Source of the DNA: an uncultured Nitrososphaerota archaeon
GTDB lineage: Archaea; Thermoproteota; EX4484-205; JAAOZO01
Length of the DNA stretch: 64,000 nucleotides
Assembly: GCA_964408285.1 (NCBI GenBank)
Contig: CAYOYV010000002.1
Location: forward strand, 1 to 64,000
Direction: 5' to 3'
This document shows positions 9,935 through 19,985 of the stretch, in pieces. The position numbers and the translations under genes were made by a program. Within the stretch, counting starts at the first letter, position 1, and every line of letters begins with the position of its first letter. The notes below the pieces were generated by a model. It did no database searches, had not been told where the DNA came from, and saw only the letters and a program-made list of their open reading frames with translations.

Positions 9935-11143
9935 CTAGCATTCTATTGGATAGCCACCATATTTCACGCCGAAATTGACGATACTCCTTATGTTTGCTAA
10001 TGGCGTATAGGCGTGAATGGAGTCGGACGAGCTTAAGATGAACCCTCCCCCTCGAGCAGCTGCCCCTATGGATTCCCTGATTTCCCCCTCGATACGGTCT
10101 GTTGTTTCAAATCGGACTGTGTCAGGATCTATGCCTCCCTTCAGGCATACCCTGTCGCCGATGGTCAGCTTCATCTGTTTGAAGTCGTTGCCGAATCGAC
10201 TGGGGGCGATAGTCAGTACATCTGGTTGGATCTCCTTGAGTCCTCCAAGGAGCTTCATAAGGTTCCCGTCATCATAGTACTGGAAAATGCCGCCCATTGC
10301 TTTCACCAGATCTCGGTTTGACTTGATCATCGGCTTGAACAGCCCATTCCATATGTTTGGATTCCACCCTGCACTTGCGCCTCCCATGTAGTTTCCGTGG
10401 AATATGATTTCGGCGCCCCTCTCAAGGAGTGACCTTGTCACAGCAAGCGAGTGTTCGAAGAATATTCTCAGCAGGATCTCTAGGATCTCCCTCTGTCTGT
10501 AATACGCGATAATCCCTTCGCGTAGTCCGACTGCGTACAGCATCTGATCTATCGGGTTCACTATATAGGCGATCAGACCATCTCTGCCTAAGTATCTGTT
10601 CGCTTGGTCAATCTCACGCTCGTCGACTCCGTCAGGATCAGGAAGTATGAACCTGATCTTCTCAGCGTCCTGAGCGGTCTTGACAAGCCTTTCTACAGTG
10701 AAGGGAACAGCATCTGGAAACCAACTAGGCGGGCATGTGCTATTCCAGCTCTCTCTCATTTTTGCGAGCTTGTCCGGCTTCGGAACCTTGATTCTGTCTC
10801 GTAGAATTCCTTCGGGTGTCTTGATGGTTCTTGTCACAATTTCGTACTCAAGATCAAATTCATGAACTTCGACTTCGACTGAGACCCCCTGAAGTCCCGG
10901 CGGTACGTGTGATGTGGGCCAGAAGCTGGGAAGAATGGGAATGCCCTCGAGGCCAGGCGGTGGGACTCCCTCAACATACGGATCGAAGCCGAATTGCTTG
11001 AACATTTCGTATTCTCGCTTCCAATGAGGTCCGTCTTGTGGACGAAGCCATGGGACGAGCCTAGCGCCAATTCTTGGGGCAACTGGCACCCTGTCTGGCT
11101 CCTCGTGATGAATCGCCTTAAGCAGTCTATCCCTTGAGTCCAT
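9935..11143 (-). CDS. Uroporphyrinogen decarboxylase / MtaA-CmuA superfamily protein
   Basis: MDSRDRLLKAIHHEEPDRVP N-terminus; CLKGGIDP; GGGFILSSSDSI. Confidence 0.82.
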   Translation of the reverse strand: MDSRDRLLKAIHHEEPDRVPVAPRIGARLVPWLRPQDGPHWKREYEMFKQFGFDPYVEGVPPPGLEGIPILPSFWPTSHVPPGLQGVSVEVEVHEFDLEYEIVTRTIKTPEGILRDRIKVPKPDKLAKMRESWNSTCPPSWFPDAVPFTVERLVKTAQDAEKIRFILPDPDGVDEREIDQANRYLGRDGLIAYIVNPIDQMLYAVGLREGIIAYYRQREILEILLRIFFEHSLAVTRSLLERGAEIIFHGNYMGGASAGWNPNIWNGLFKPMIKSNRDLVKAMGGIFQYYDDGNLMKLLGGLKEIQPDVLTIAPSRFGNDFKQMKLTIGDRVCLKGGIDPDTVRFETTDRIEGEIRESIGAAARGGGFILSSSDSIHAYTPLANIRSIVNFGVKYGGYPIEC

Positions 11144-11264
11144 CGCCTTGGACTATCGGGCATGACTGAAAAGCTTTGAGAGTTATCTCGTTGTACGCCG
11201 CATGAGAATCTAGCAATTACAGATTATGGTTTGCCCTTGGGATGATGGCAGCTTCAGGCTATTC

Positions 11265-12152
11265 TCACTTCGTCTCCGTTTTCTCCTGTTGGTCGGAACC
11301 TGGCGAAGTTGGCGCTTCTGGTCCCTGTGGCTTTGGAGGTGACTCCCCTATCACTTTTTCTATCTCTTTCTTTGTTTCATCCTGAAGCTTTCTGATTTCG
11401 TCCAACTTCTCCTGGACTTTTGTAAGCCAATCCTTGCTTGACTCAATTCCTCTGTGAGCAAAGAAAGCGATACCCTCATTTCTGCTCCTGAAAACGCCTG
11501 CATCCACAAGTGCGTCGATGAGGCTAAGATCCGCTTGGGGCAATCTCACCGAAGACACTATTGCTGATGGCACCCCGGTCCATGCTTTCGACAATGATTC
11601 CTCAATCAAGTGTCCAACGTCTGGTATCCTTATCTCGGGTATTCTGATCTCTGGAACTACAACATTCGACCTCATCGTGAAGTGGCCTGGAGGTCGGGGT
11701 GGAATCACGTAGGCCCTCCCTTCCCTAAGCCTCTCCTTGATCCTCTCCTCGGTTTCCTCGACCCTGTCTGTGAATGAGTCAATCCTGTCCTCAATTTCAT
11801 CAAATCTATCGTCGAGATAGTCCTTGGCATCTTGCAAATCGTCTTGAAGGTCGTCAACGAGATCCTCATCCTCAGATGAGGGCAAGTCGTCGATCCTACC
11901 TTCGAACTCATGCAATTGACGTCTCAGAGCCTCCTTTATTGCCCCTCTCTCATGCTTGATTGTCCTCACCATCCCCTTCAGAGCAGCTATGTCCTGCCAG
12001 AAGTCCTCTCTGCCCTTCTTTTCCTGCAACCTAGTCTCAAGTGTGGCAATCGTTGACTCCTCTGCAGCAATGAGATCTGAGATCTTGGTCGCAGCTCTAT
12101 CGATCTCCTGTCTAAGCCTTTCCAATTCCTCTCCCAATGTACTGGAAGACAT
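11265..12152 (-). CDS. Coiled-coil protein with C-terminal ribbon-helix-helix (CopG/MetJ-like) domain
   Basis: Long acidic heptad region; SVRLPQADLSLIDALVDAGVFRSRNEGIAFF RHH signature; TTAAATA 27 nt before ATG 12152. Confidence 0.7.
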   Translation of the reverse strand: MSSSTLGEELERLRQEIDRAATKISDLIAAEESTIATLETRLQEKKGREDFWQDIAALKGMVRTIKHERGAIKEALRRQLHEFEGRIDDLPSSEDEDLVDDLQDDLQDAKDYLDDRFDEIEDRIDSFTDRVEETEERIKERLREGRAYVIPPRPPGHFTMRSNVVVPEIRIPEIRIPDVGHLIEESLSKAWTGVPSAIVSSVRLPQADLSLIDALVDAGVFRSRNEGIAFFAHRGIESSKDWLTKVQEKLDEIRKLQDETKKEIEKVIGESPPKPQGPEAPTSPGSDQQEKTETK

Positions 12153-12178
12153 AATGTAACGATACAATACAATGCCGG

Positions 12179-12185
12179 TATTTAA
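12179..12185 (-). promoter_or_regulatory. Archaeal TATA box (TTAAATA)
   Basis: 27 nt upstream of ATG 12152; spacing typical of a leaderless transcript. Confidence 0.55.
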
Positions 12186-12472
12186 GCCTATGCCCGTCAA
12201 TGAACGGAAGCGATTCCAGCCCTCTCCAAGCCGATTGGGGCAAGAGTCGAAGCTGCTGGCCTCCAGCTCTGTTCAGCTTAGGTGGCATGGGATTCTTTCC
12301 ACTTCAAGTCAACAGCCTCGCAGCCATAGACCAGATCTCTTCAATGGCAGAAAAAGGTTCACGTGCCCTCGTTCGAGAAGCCCCCGGAAGTCGCCGCCTC
12401 TCTCGATATGGCAGATTCGCTGTGAAGTATGGGAAAGATTAATTCCGGCACGAAAAGAGGAGGTTTGGTACA

Positions 12473-14572
12473 ATGACCCATTGGTGGGAAAAAGAGCCCT
12501 TGAGGATCATCGAGATCTGCAATGCGCTTGATCTGAATGCTATTGCCCCTCGCCAGGAAATTGACGCGGTGTTGAGACTCGGAGGAAATGCCCAGCATTT
12601 TCACTGCATGAATCAGGTTGGAGGACTCGATGACACCGGATTTTACTTCAAGACGAGCATGTCAAGGCGTGATAATCAAGATAGGCTCGGGGCGTACCTT
12701 CCTCTTGCTCACCGTAAGGGAATCAGGGTGATCGTTTACTTCAACGTGCATTGGTACACGCGTGAATTCGGTAAGCAGCACCCGGATTGGCAGCAAATAA
12801 AAGAGGGAGGAAATCCCATTGACGACGTATATACCACAGGCACATCATTCTGTGTCAATAGTCCGTATAGGGAATGGGTCTTCCAAATAGTTGAGGACCT
12901 GTGCAAATATGAGCTCGATGGTATCTTCTATGACGGTCCGGTTTTCTTCGATTCTACATGTTACTGTGGGTCGTGCCAGCGATTATTCATGGAAAGGACT
13001 GGACAAGATCTCCCGCTAAAATCAAATCGCACCATGGCGCTTTGGAGGGAGATGATTGAATTCCAGTCTGATTCCATAGCTAGGTTCTTGGCCGACTCGA
13101 ATTCGATCATAAAGAAGGCGAATCCAGAGATCCTATTCTGCATGAACGGAAACAGCAACTGGCCACATTGGCCGAGTGGAAGAGACAACCATAAGATAAT
13201 CTTGCACACGGATTTGCTCGGCGCCGAAGGAGGTTTCATCTACGGTGATCTAAACCAGACTCCAATCTATAAGCCAGGCATAGCGGCCAGACTTCTAAGG
13301 AACCAAGCTGGCCACAAACCTGCCTTGGTGTTTGATTGTGCCGGGCATAAGCCTTGGTCTTGGTATTTGCTCCCGCGCCGAGAAATCGAAATATTACTCG
13401 CAGAGACCTTGGCAGGCGGGGCCAATTTCTGGATTCCCTTCTTCCCAAGTGACCTTTCTCAGCCTGAATTGGCAACCGTCGCCGAGTACTGCAGACTGGT
13501 AAAGAAACATCGTGAAGCGTTCTTCAATACTGAATCCTTGGCCAAAGTGGCCCTTCTGTGGCCTTCGACCTCAGCTGAGGTATATGAGGGATCCTCTGTC
13601 CCGCTGACTGATTTCACAAAGGAGATGCACGCGAAAGCCATTGGCGACATCGCACAGGAGTTCCTCGGTTTCTACGAAGGTCTGGCCAGGGCTCAAGTTC
13701 CGTTCGACGTGATAGACGAGCAGAACTTCTGTGATCTGTCAAAGTACGACCTCCTGATATTTCCGAACGCCGCAGCTCTGTCGAAGGACTCGTGTCAAGA
13801 CCTCAGGGATTTCGTCAGAACTGGTGGGAACGTCGTCGCAAGCTTCGAAACATCGCTATACGATGAATACGGGAAACGACAAGAAGATTTCCAACTATCT
13901 GATGTCCTAGGGGTGAATTTCAACCAGAGAGTATTTGGCCCGATGAACTGGGATTATGTATACCTTGATCTCGAGAGGAACTCGAAATTCCTCAATGGTC
14001 TGACAAAGGACTTAGTGCCAGCGCCGCTCTACGGCATTGAAGTCCGCCCCACAGTCTCGACAGTTCTATCGCGCTATTGCTCGAAATTGATCGGATGCTA
14101 TGATCACACTCCTCAGATCTCCGCCATGCCATTCTTGGTCTCCAACAAGTACGGCAAGGGCCAAGCGGTCTATGTGGCAGGTACCTTTGGAATATCGGTT
14201 GCGAATTTCAGGTTCCCGGAGTACCTTACTATGGTTCGCAACCTTGCCTCGGCATTGAGTAAGAGCACGGTCAAGATATCGAACGCCCCTTGGATCGAAG
14301 TCAGCCTAAGACGTGCTAACAATGAGATTTTTCTCCATCTGATCAATCAAACCTGTGGTCTGAAGAGGCCGATTACGCATGTTCAGCCAATGGCCAATCT
14401 GTCCATAGAACTGCCAAGAATACGGGCTCAAGGGGCGCGGGCGTTGATCTCGGATAGGAAATTAGCTGTTCGGAAATCAAAGGACGGAACTTCCGTCGTT
14501 CTGCCATCGATCGAGGAGTATGAGGTCATTGCTCTAAAGCTTAAACACTCAGCAAGCTCATCGGTCGCTTGA
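12473..14572 (+). CDS. Glycoside-hydrolase-like protein (GHL6/GHL10-type TIM barrel with GH42-type trimerisation domain)
   Basis: HPDWQQ, FCVNSPY, DGIFYDGP, CYCGSC Zn motif, VPFDVI..YDLLIFPN..GGNVVASFETSLYDE; GAGGAGG SD. Confidence 0.8.
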   Translation: MTHWWEKEPLRIIEICNALDLNAIAPRQEIDAVLRLGGNAQHFHCMNQVGGLDDTGFYFKTSMSRRDNQDRLGAYLPLAHRKGIRVIVYFNVHWYTREFGKQHPDWQQIKEGGNPIDDVYTTGTSFCVNSPYREWVFQIVEDLCKYELDGIFYDGPVFFDSTCYCGSCQRLFMERTGQDLPLKSNRTMALWREMIEFQSDSIARFLADSNSIIKKANPEILFCMNGNSNWPHWPSGRDNHKIILHTDLLGAEGGFIYGDLNQTPIYKPGIAARLLRNQAGHKPALVFDCAGHKPWSWYLLPRREIEILLAETLAGGANFWIPFFPSDLSQPELATVAEYCRLVKKHREAFFNTESLAKVALLWPSTSAEVYEGSSVPLTDFTKEMHAKAIGDIAQEFLGFYEGLARAQVPFDVIDEQNFCDLSKYDLLIFPNAAALSKDSCQDLRDFVRTGGNVVASFETSLYDEYGKRQEDFQLSDVLGVNFNQRVFGPMNWDYVYLDLERNSKFLNGLTKDLVPAPLYGIEVRPTVSTVLSRYCSKLIGCYDHTPQISAMPFLVSNKYGKGQAVYVAGTFGISVANFRFPEYLTMVRNLASALSKSTVKISNAPWIEVSLRRANNEIFLHLINQTCGLKRPITHVQPMANLSIELPRIRAQGARALISDRKLAVRKSKDGTSVVLPSIEEYEVIALKLKHSASSSVA

Positions 14573-14581
14573 AGTCGCGTT

Positions 14582-16621
14582 TTGAGATACTCCAATGAGG
14601 ATATTTGGGAGTTCGTTGGAGAGGAATTCGATGAAAAACTACCTCGTAGGACTGCGATATTGATAAAGGAAGAGGACTTCTGTCTGCCGTTTGCCTATCC
14701 GTCCGACTTTGGAAGCATTGGTTGGCTGCTCGACAATCGAGATGAAACGACATATGATGAGTCGCCGATTGCATCGATAAGATTCGCTGAATATTCGTAT
14801 CCTGATCTGACAGGGAAACGGTTGGCCAAGAACACCTTCTACTTCAATTCGATGAGATACTACCCTTCCCTTGCAAGAAGGGAGATCGTCTTCTCTAACC
14901 TAGGCTTGGAAGTCTCGGAGCAATTCGCCCAGATCGCTGATGGAGGCGGATTCGTCTGGATGCTTGACCTCTCATCGCGCAGCCATGTTCCTTACCTGCT
15001 TGAGAAGCGATTCTATACTACAGTCTCGCTGCGCGATCCGAAGGCCCGAATAGAGAAAATGCATCACGCAAAGGTCATGCGGATTCACATCGGCAAAAAG
15101 AACTTGTTCATCGCGTCCAACCATGAAGCTCATGGCATATACGCCTCTGTCGAAGAGTGTATGGATGACTTGGAGAGAGGAAGGCTTTCCAATGGAGAAG
15201 GCAGAGGAAGATATCTCATCTTCGAGAACAAGGTGAGCCTGAGCAGTAGACAGAAGGAGAGGATTGCCTTTGGGCTGTCATTTCGATCCTCCAAGAAGGC
15301 GATTCTTGGATTGAAGATAGGGGATCCGCGTGAAGGAATCAAGAGGAAGTGGAACCGTTGGTTCGCGGATCTTCCGAAGATGGATTTCGATTCTGAAGAA
15401 GAACGTAAGGCCTATTACAAATGCTGGTGGACAATCAGGCTCAATTACTATAGGCATCCTCGTTGGGGCAAGACAGTGATTGAAGCGCTTCCTGTCTATC
15501 GCGGTTACTGGCAATGGGCTCTGCCGGCCGTTGAGTGGCATTCTGTTCTCAATCCTGAGATAGGCCCAGCTTTTGTCAAGACCCTTCTTGACCTTTTCCT
15601 ACGATACCAAAGAGATGACGGCTACGTTACGCATGCCATCTATCTGAATGAGAAGGAACCGGGAATGGAATGGGGGAAGAAAAACATCATTCAGACTCCC
15701 CACATTCCTTGGGTCGCCCTAAGGTACTATTATGCCACTGGGGATCTAAGAAGCCTGAGAAAATGGTATCCCCGGTTAGTGAAATACTACAGATACCTGA
15801 ACGAATCGAGAGACAACGGATTCCTCGGGCTCCATCTGTGGGCCATAATCGCCTCATTCGATACTGGATTGGACACAACATCCGCGTTCCAGAAGGTCAC
15901 CTATGGAGAAGACGGAGAAAGGGAGAATTTCTGTTATCCCGCGATATTCGCCTCCGAGAGATGTCGCTTCGAGCAATCAATGGCCAATATTGCCAGTGTA
16001 TTACAGAATATGGATGACGGGTTCTGGAATCAGGAATCCGAGATCACCAGGGGTGCCATGAATCACTATCTTTGGGATGAGAAGAAGCATTGGTATGGGG
16101 TCCTTCACGAGAATAGATCCTTGGACACAAGAGTAGGAGTAGATGGCCTATTCCCCTTCGCGTACGCGCTAGTCGACAAGGAGCGAGCAATGCTCGCAAA
16201 GACGAACTTCCTTAAGCTGATTGGGGATTTTGGTGTGTTTACCGTAGCACCAGACGAACCAGCATTCGAAGAAGAAACGTATTGGAGGGGCCCAGCTTGG
16301 AGCAAATCGTGTTCATTGGCAATGGCGACAGCGAGGAATTACTATCCAAAGCTGCTCGCTAGCATCAAGGATGGCTTGATAAGATTCCTCCTTGAATATC
16401 CAAACGTCTGGGAGTGCATGAGTGCAAGGACAGGTAAGATCGCTCGCGGGGATGTTGGGATAATGTCAACGCCTGTTGTTTCCTCAAACGTAGGCGCCGG
16501 AGAAGCTATCGGAGCGTTTCTTATCTATCATGGCATCAATGTCTTCTCGATAAGTCCAGAGACAGGAGTCTCGGGAAGAAAGCCAATGGCAGATGCTAAG
16601 TCGGGAGGCAAATCGATGTGA
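14582..16621 (+). CDS. GH63/MGH1-like (alpha/alpha)6 glycoside hydrolase
   Basis: YWQW, FDTGLD, LWDEKKHWY, YWRGPAW, VWEC motifs; 9 nt downstream of the previous gene. Confidence 0.8.
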   Translation: MRYSNEDIWEFVGEEFDEKLPRRTAILIKEEDFCLPFAYPSDFGSIGWLLDNRDETTYDESPIASIRFAEYSYPDLTGKRLAKNTFYFNSMRYYPSLARREIVFSNLGLEVSEQFAQIADGGGFVWMLDLSSRSHVPYLLEKRFYTTVSLRDPKARIEKMHHAKVMRIHIGKKNLFIASNHEAHGIYASVEECMDDLERGRLSNGEGRGRYLIFENKVSLSSRQKERIAFGLSFRSSKKAILGLKIGDPREGIKRKWNRWFADLPKMDFDSEEERKAYYKCWWTIRLNYYRHPRWGKTVIEALPVYRGYWQWALPAVEWHSVLNPEIGPAFVKTLLDLFLRYQRDDGYVTHAIYLNEKEPGMEWGKKNIIQTPHIPWVALRYYYATGDLRSLRKWYPRLVKYYRYLNESRDNGFLGLHLWAIIASFDTGLDTTSAFQKVTYGEDGERENFCYPAIFASERCRFEQSMANIASVLQNMDDGFWNQESEITRGAMNHYLWDEKKHWYGVLHENRSLDTRVGVDGLFPFAYALVDKERAMLAKTNFLKLIGDFGVFTVAPDEPAFEEETYWRGPAWSKSCSLAMATARNYYPKLLASIKDGLIRFLLEYPNVWECMSARTGKIARGDVGIMSTPVVSSNVGAGEAIGAFLIYHGINVFSISPETGVSGRKPMADAKSGGKSM

Positions 16622-16623
16622 AG

Positions 16624-17442
16624 TCAGACCATCTGAAGCACGGCAAGCAACCCGAAAGTGACAATTGAGCCGGCGATTAGACCCAAGGATGTGTAATGCT
16701 CATGTCCCAATATTTGCTGGTACTCTTTTCGGTCTTGACCACCCCGATGGCGTCTTCGGTGAGGCCTGCGAACGAAGCTCTTTCCCGTCGGAATCAATTC
16801 ATCTATCGTTATGAAAACCATCACTCCAGCCGCAAAGGCTAGGCCAATCGGGACTAGATCAGGGAAATGCTCTAAGAAAAGCACACTGATCAAAGCACCC
16901 AAAGGTTCAGCCAATCCAGAGCCAACCGCCCACATCAACGCGGTTAGTCTAGAGGCTCCCGCTACATAGATCGGGAGAGCCGTCGCCATTCCTTCGGGTA
17001 TGTTATGAATGCCTATAGCAATGGCCAAGAGCAACCCGAGTTTGGGCATGTGTTCATAGCCCATAGCTACAGCTAAGCCCTCTGGGAAATTATGTAGAGA
17101 AATGCCTATCGCTATCAGGATGCCCGCCCTGAACAGCCTTCCATCGATCACCCCCTTCTCAATCACAGCAAACCTGGTATGAGGCAACAGAGAATCCAAC
17201 GTGAACATCGTTAACGAACCTCCCACGAAACCTGCTGCTGCCACTAGTATGCCCGAAATCTCTATTGATTCTATCATCAATTCCAGAAAGGAGAGCAATA
17301 GCATTATGCCAGCAGCAAAGCCCATGCAAAAGGCACAGAAGCGCCTGCTTGGCCTCCTTAACAGAACTAGAAGTCCGCCCAGTCCAGTGGCCAAGCCGGC
17401 TAGACCGCTCAGAAGCAGGACTTCTATGACATGACTCTCCAT
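16624..17442 (-). CDS. zupT: ZIP family divalent metal transporter (ZupT/GufA)
   Basis: LHNFPEG and IHNIPEG metal-site motifs; AGVMVFITIDELIP. Confidence 0.92.
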   Translation of the reverse strand: MESHVIEVLLLSGLAGLATGLGGLLVLLRRPSRRFCAFCMGFAAGIMLLLSFLELMIESIEISGILVAAAGFVGGSLTMFTLDSLLPHTRFAVIEKGVIDGRLFRAGILIAIGISLHNFPEGLAVAMGYEHMPKLGLLLAIAIGIHNIPEGMATALPIYVAGASRLTALMWAVGSGLAEPLGALISVLFLEHFPDLVPIGLAFAAGVMVFITIDELIPTGKSFVRRPHRRRHRGGQDRKEYQQILGHEHYTSLGLIAGSIVTFGLLAVLQMV

Positions 17443-17600
17443 TACCTCTTCATCTCTGAGGCCAACTAACGGACGCCAATTGAGATATTTATCCCTACTT
17501 CTGAATTTTGGGTCGTTGCCGGTGATTCTGGCAATTCGTGAGAATGCAAGGTCGCCACGCGTGAATCACATATTTCTTCGAGAGACCGTCAGGTGGTTTG

Positions 17601-18941
17601 TCATCTACCTGCTACGTTGCTAGTGCTCCATCGTCCGAAGCCCTGTTCCGTTTTCTCATCCCCTGGAAGTAGCTCGTCATAACAGCGTGCAACCTTTTTG
17701 AAAGCCTGCGCGTATTCGGATATTATCTCCGGTCTCTGCCGTTTGAACCAAGGAATCCTGAACACCCTGTAGTTGATGTCTTCGGAGACTGGCAGGGATC
17801 CTTCAGGTTCTCGTATGTCGAATGCTGACTTGAGATTAGCTATCCTTGTCGGCTTTCCTTCATTGTAGATATCGGTTTCCCTGAAAACAGGATGTGTGTG
17901 TAAAGGAAGATTACATCCTGGATAGCAGGAGAGTACTCCTTCTGCCCTTACCGCCTCGCAGAATCGACCAACGGAAAGGCCTCCCAGTTCCTCTGGACAA
18001 TAGAGTCCAACTGGACTATACCAGCCTCCCTTCGTCATCATTGAATCCCGTGGTGGCCTGTGCCCTCTCATCCCCGGAGCCCCCTCAATTAGATCCCAGA
18101 AATGATTCATTGCCCTGTCTATCTCTGCCATTCGCGCAGGATAGTGCCTTAGTTGGACCCGTCCCACAGCTGAAGTCAGTTGGTGCATCCTGTACTTGTA
18201 GCCTCCCCAAGGCAATCCAGATGCCTTCTTCAGATCTTCGAACGTGATCTCTGACCCATGCCTTTCGTAATGTCCGAACAACACTGCCCGCTCATACAGC
18301 CTCCTGTCATTCGTGGCAAGAATCCCACCTTCACCGGTAGCAAGTGATTTCCCAGACATAAGCGAGAAGGCAGAAACATCTCCGAATGTTCCAACCATCT
18401 TCCCCTTGTACATACTTCCGTGTGCATGTGAGCAGTCCTCGAGAACCTTGAGATTGTGTCTGCCGGCCACTTCCATTATCTCATCCATGTCTGCCGGATA
18501 GCCGAGATAGTGAACTACGACAATGGCCCTTGTCCTCTCTGTAATCCTCTTCTCAAGATCTTTCGCATCTATACAAAGCGTTCTGGGATCGATGTCGGCA
18601 AAGACCACTGTTCCTCCAAGTGAGTAGACCGGTAGACAAGAAGCCCAATAAGTTATGCTGGGGCAGATTATTTCATCTCCATGTCCGATACCAAGGGAAA
18701 AAAGGGCGCTATGTATTGCGGCTGTTCCGTTGTTATGTGCGAGAGCATACTTAACTCCTAGCCAGTCGGCAAATTCCTGCTCGAATTTCTGAGTGACATC
18801 TATCCCAGACATCTTCCCCGCTCGAAGCACCTCTAGGACTGAGTCCTCATCCTCCTTCGTTATTATTGGCCAATCGAAGACATCTTGCCCATCGGATTTG
18901 ACCGCCTTCGGTCCTCCAAGAAGCGCCAGTTCACTTGTCAT
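17601..18941 (-). CDS. DegT/DnrJ/EryC1/StrS PLP-dependent sugar aminotransferase
   Basis: NNGTAA, VVVHYLG, EDCSHAHG, FSLMSGKSLATGEGG (PLP lysine). Confidence 0.92.
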   Translation of the reverse strand: MTSELALLGGPKAVKSDGQDVFDWPIITKEDEDSVLEVLRAGKMSGIDVTQKFEQEFADWLGVKYALAHNNGTAAIHSALFSLGIGHGDEIICPSITYWASCLPVYSLGGTVVFADIDPRTLCIDAKDLEKRITERTRAIVVVHYLGYPADMDEIMEVAGRHNLKVLEDCSHAHGSMYKGKMVGTFGDVSAFSLMSGKSLATGEGGILATNDRRLYERAVLFGHYERHGSEITFEDLKKASGLPWGGYKYRMHQLTSAVGRVQLRHYPARMAEIDRAMNHFWDLIEGAPGMRGHRPPRDSMMTKGGWYSPVGLYCPEELGGLSVGRFCEAVRAEGVLSCYPGCNLPLHTHPVFRETDIYNEGKPTRIANLKSAFDIREPEGSLPVSEDINYRVFRIPWFKRQRPEIISEYAQAFKKVARCYDELLPGDEKTEQGFGRWSTSNVAGR

Positions 18942-19068
18942 TGTACCAGGTTGGAATGCTCCAGTACATATATTCTTGACGGAATGCCATCATAAATGCC
19001 GCATTAATCAGACGGTAATCAATGCCTTCGCGGACACATGCGGCGATGTCCACACCGAAGTCGGGAGA

Positions 19069-19932
19069 CTAGAGTTTTCTGGACAGGGCGTTGCTCAAGA
19101 CACAATCCTCTATTGCCTTGACGACCCTTACGGGTTCGATCATCGCCTCCCCGGACAAGGGCCATTGTCTTTTATCGAGCATCTCCTTTATTTTCAGCAT
19201 TCCCTTCTTGTAACAACCCTCCATGTCGACCTTCTTGAAAAAGTAGGACTGCTTCGTCAATCCCTGAATTGCGAAGATATATGGCATTATGGGCGCCATC
19301 TTGAGATCCGCCAACAGGTGCTCATGCATCACTGTCGCAGCTATATCCCATTCCTTGGCTCTCGCGACGACCTCGATGGAGCCACAGCCTGCCACTTCAT
19401 TTAGTATCTCAGATAGATGAATTCCGTAGAAGACTAGCCCACCGTATTCGCTTTTCACATCTGCTGGGCCTGAGGCCGACATGAAGATTGGTTCCTCCCT
19501 CGAGAAAATGCTCCTCAGCTCCTGGACTGCATCTGTGAATCTGAGAGTTGAGAAGCTCGTGAATGGAATACCCATGTCAACGGCCATCTTCACCATCCTC
19601 CTTGCTTCATCAACAGTTGAAGCTAGGGGCTTGTCCACGAAAACGGGAATTCCGCTTTCGATGAATGGTCTAGCGTACTCCAAATGCAGGCCGCCATGCC
19701 TGAACTCTATGAAAGCAATGTCGATTTCTCCTATCATCTGGTTCGGGTCGGACACAATTCTCGCGATCTTCCCCTTCTCCGCGACTTCCTTTGTCCTGTC
19801 ATCGTCAAGGCCGAAAATGTGCGTGGCCTTGAATCCAGGAACGTGATTGATCTGATCAATTCCATTGGCAATCTGAGAGAATGTTATGGCATGCGAATTG
19901 TCGGATCCAACGAGACCAATTCGATATTCCAT
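19069..19932 (-). CDS. Gfo/Idh/MocA family oxidoreductase
   Basis: IGLVGSDNSHA, FVDKPLA, FYGIH. Confidence 0.85.
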   Translation of the reverse strand: MEYRIGLVGSDNSHAITFSQIANGIDQINHVPGFKATHIFGLDDDRTKEVAEKGKIARIVSDPNQMIGEIDIAFIEFRHGGLHLEYARPFIESGIPVFVDKPLASTVDEARRMVKMAVDMGIPFTSFSTLRFTDAVQELRSIFSREEPIFMSASGPADVKSEYGGLVFYGIHLSEILNEVAGCGSIEVVARAKEWDIAATVMHEHLLADLKMAPIMPYIFAIQGLTKQSYFFKKVDMEGCYKKGMLKIKEMLDKRQWPLSGEAMIEPVRVVKAIEDCVLSNALSRKL

Positions 19933-19985
19933 CGGCTAGCTAGATTTGACAGATTCATAACCTTTCTTGTGGAAGTCCTCTCGGG

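Noticed and set aside
9935-11143. Interpreting the UroD-like genes as hemE or methanogenesis methyltransferases
   Set aside because: Key Zn ligands are absent and no supporting pathway genes are in the window.
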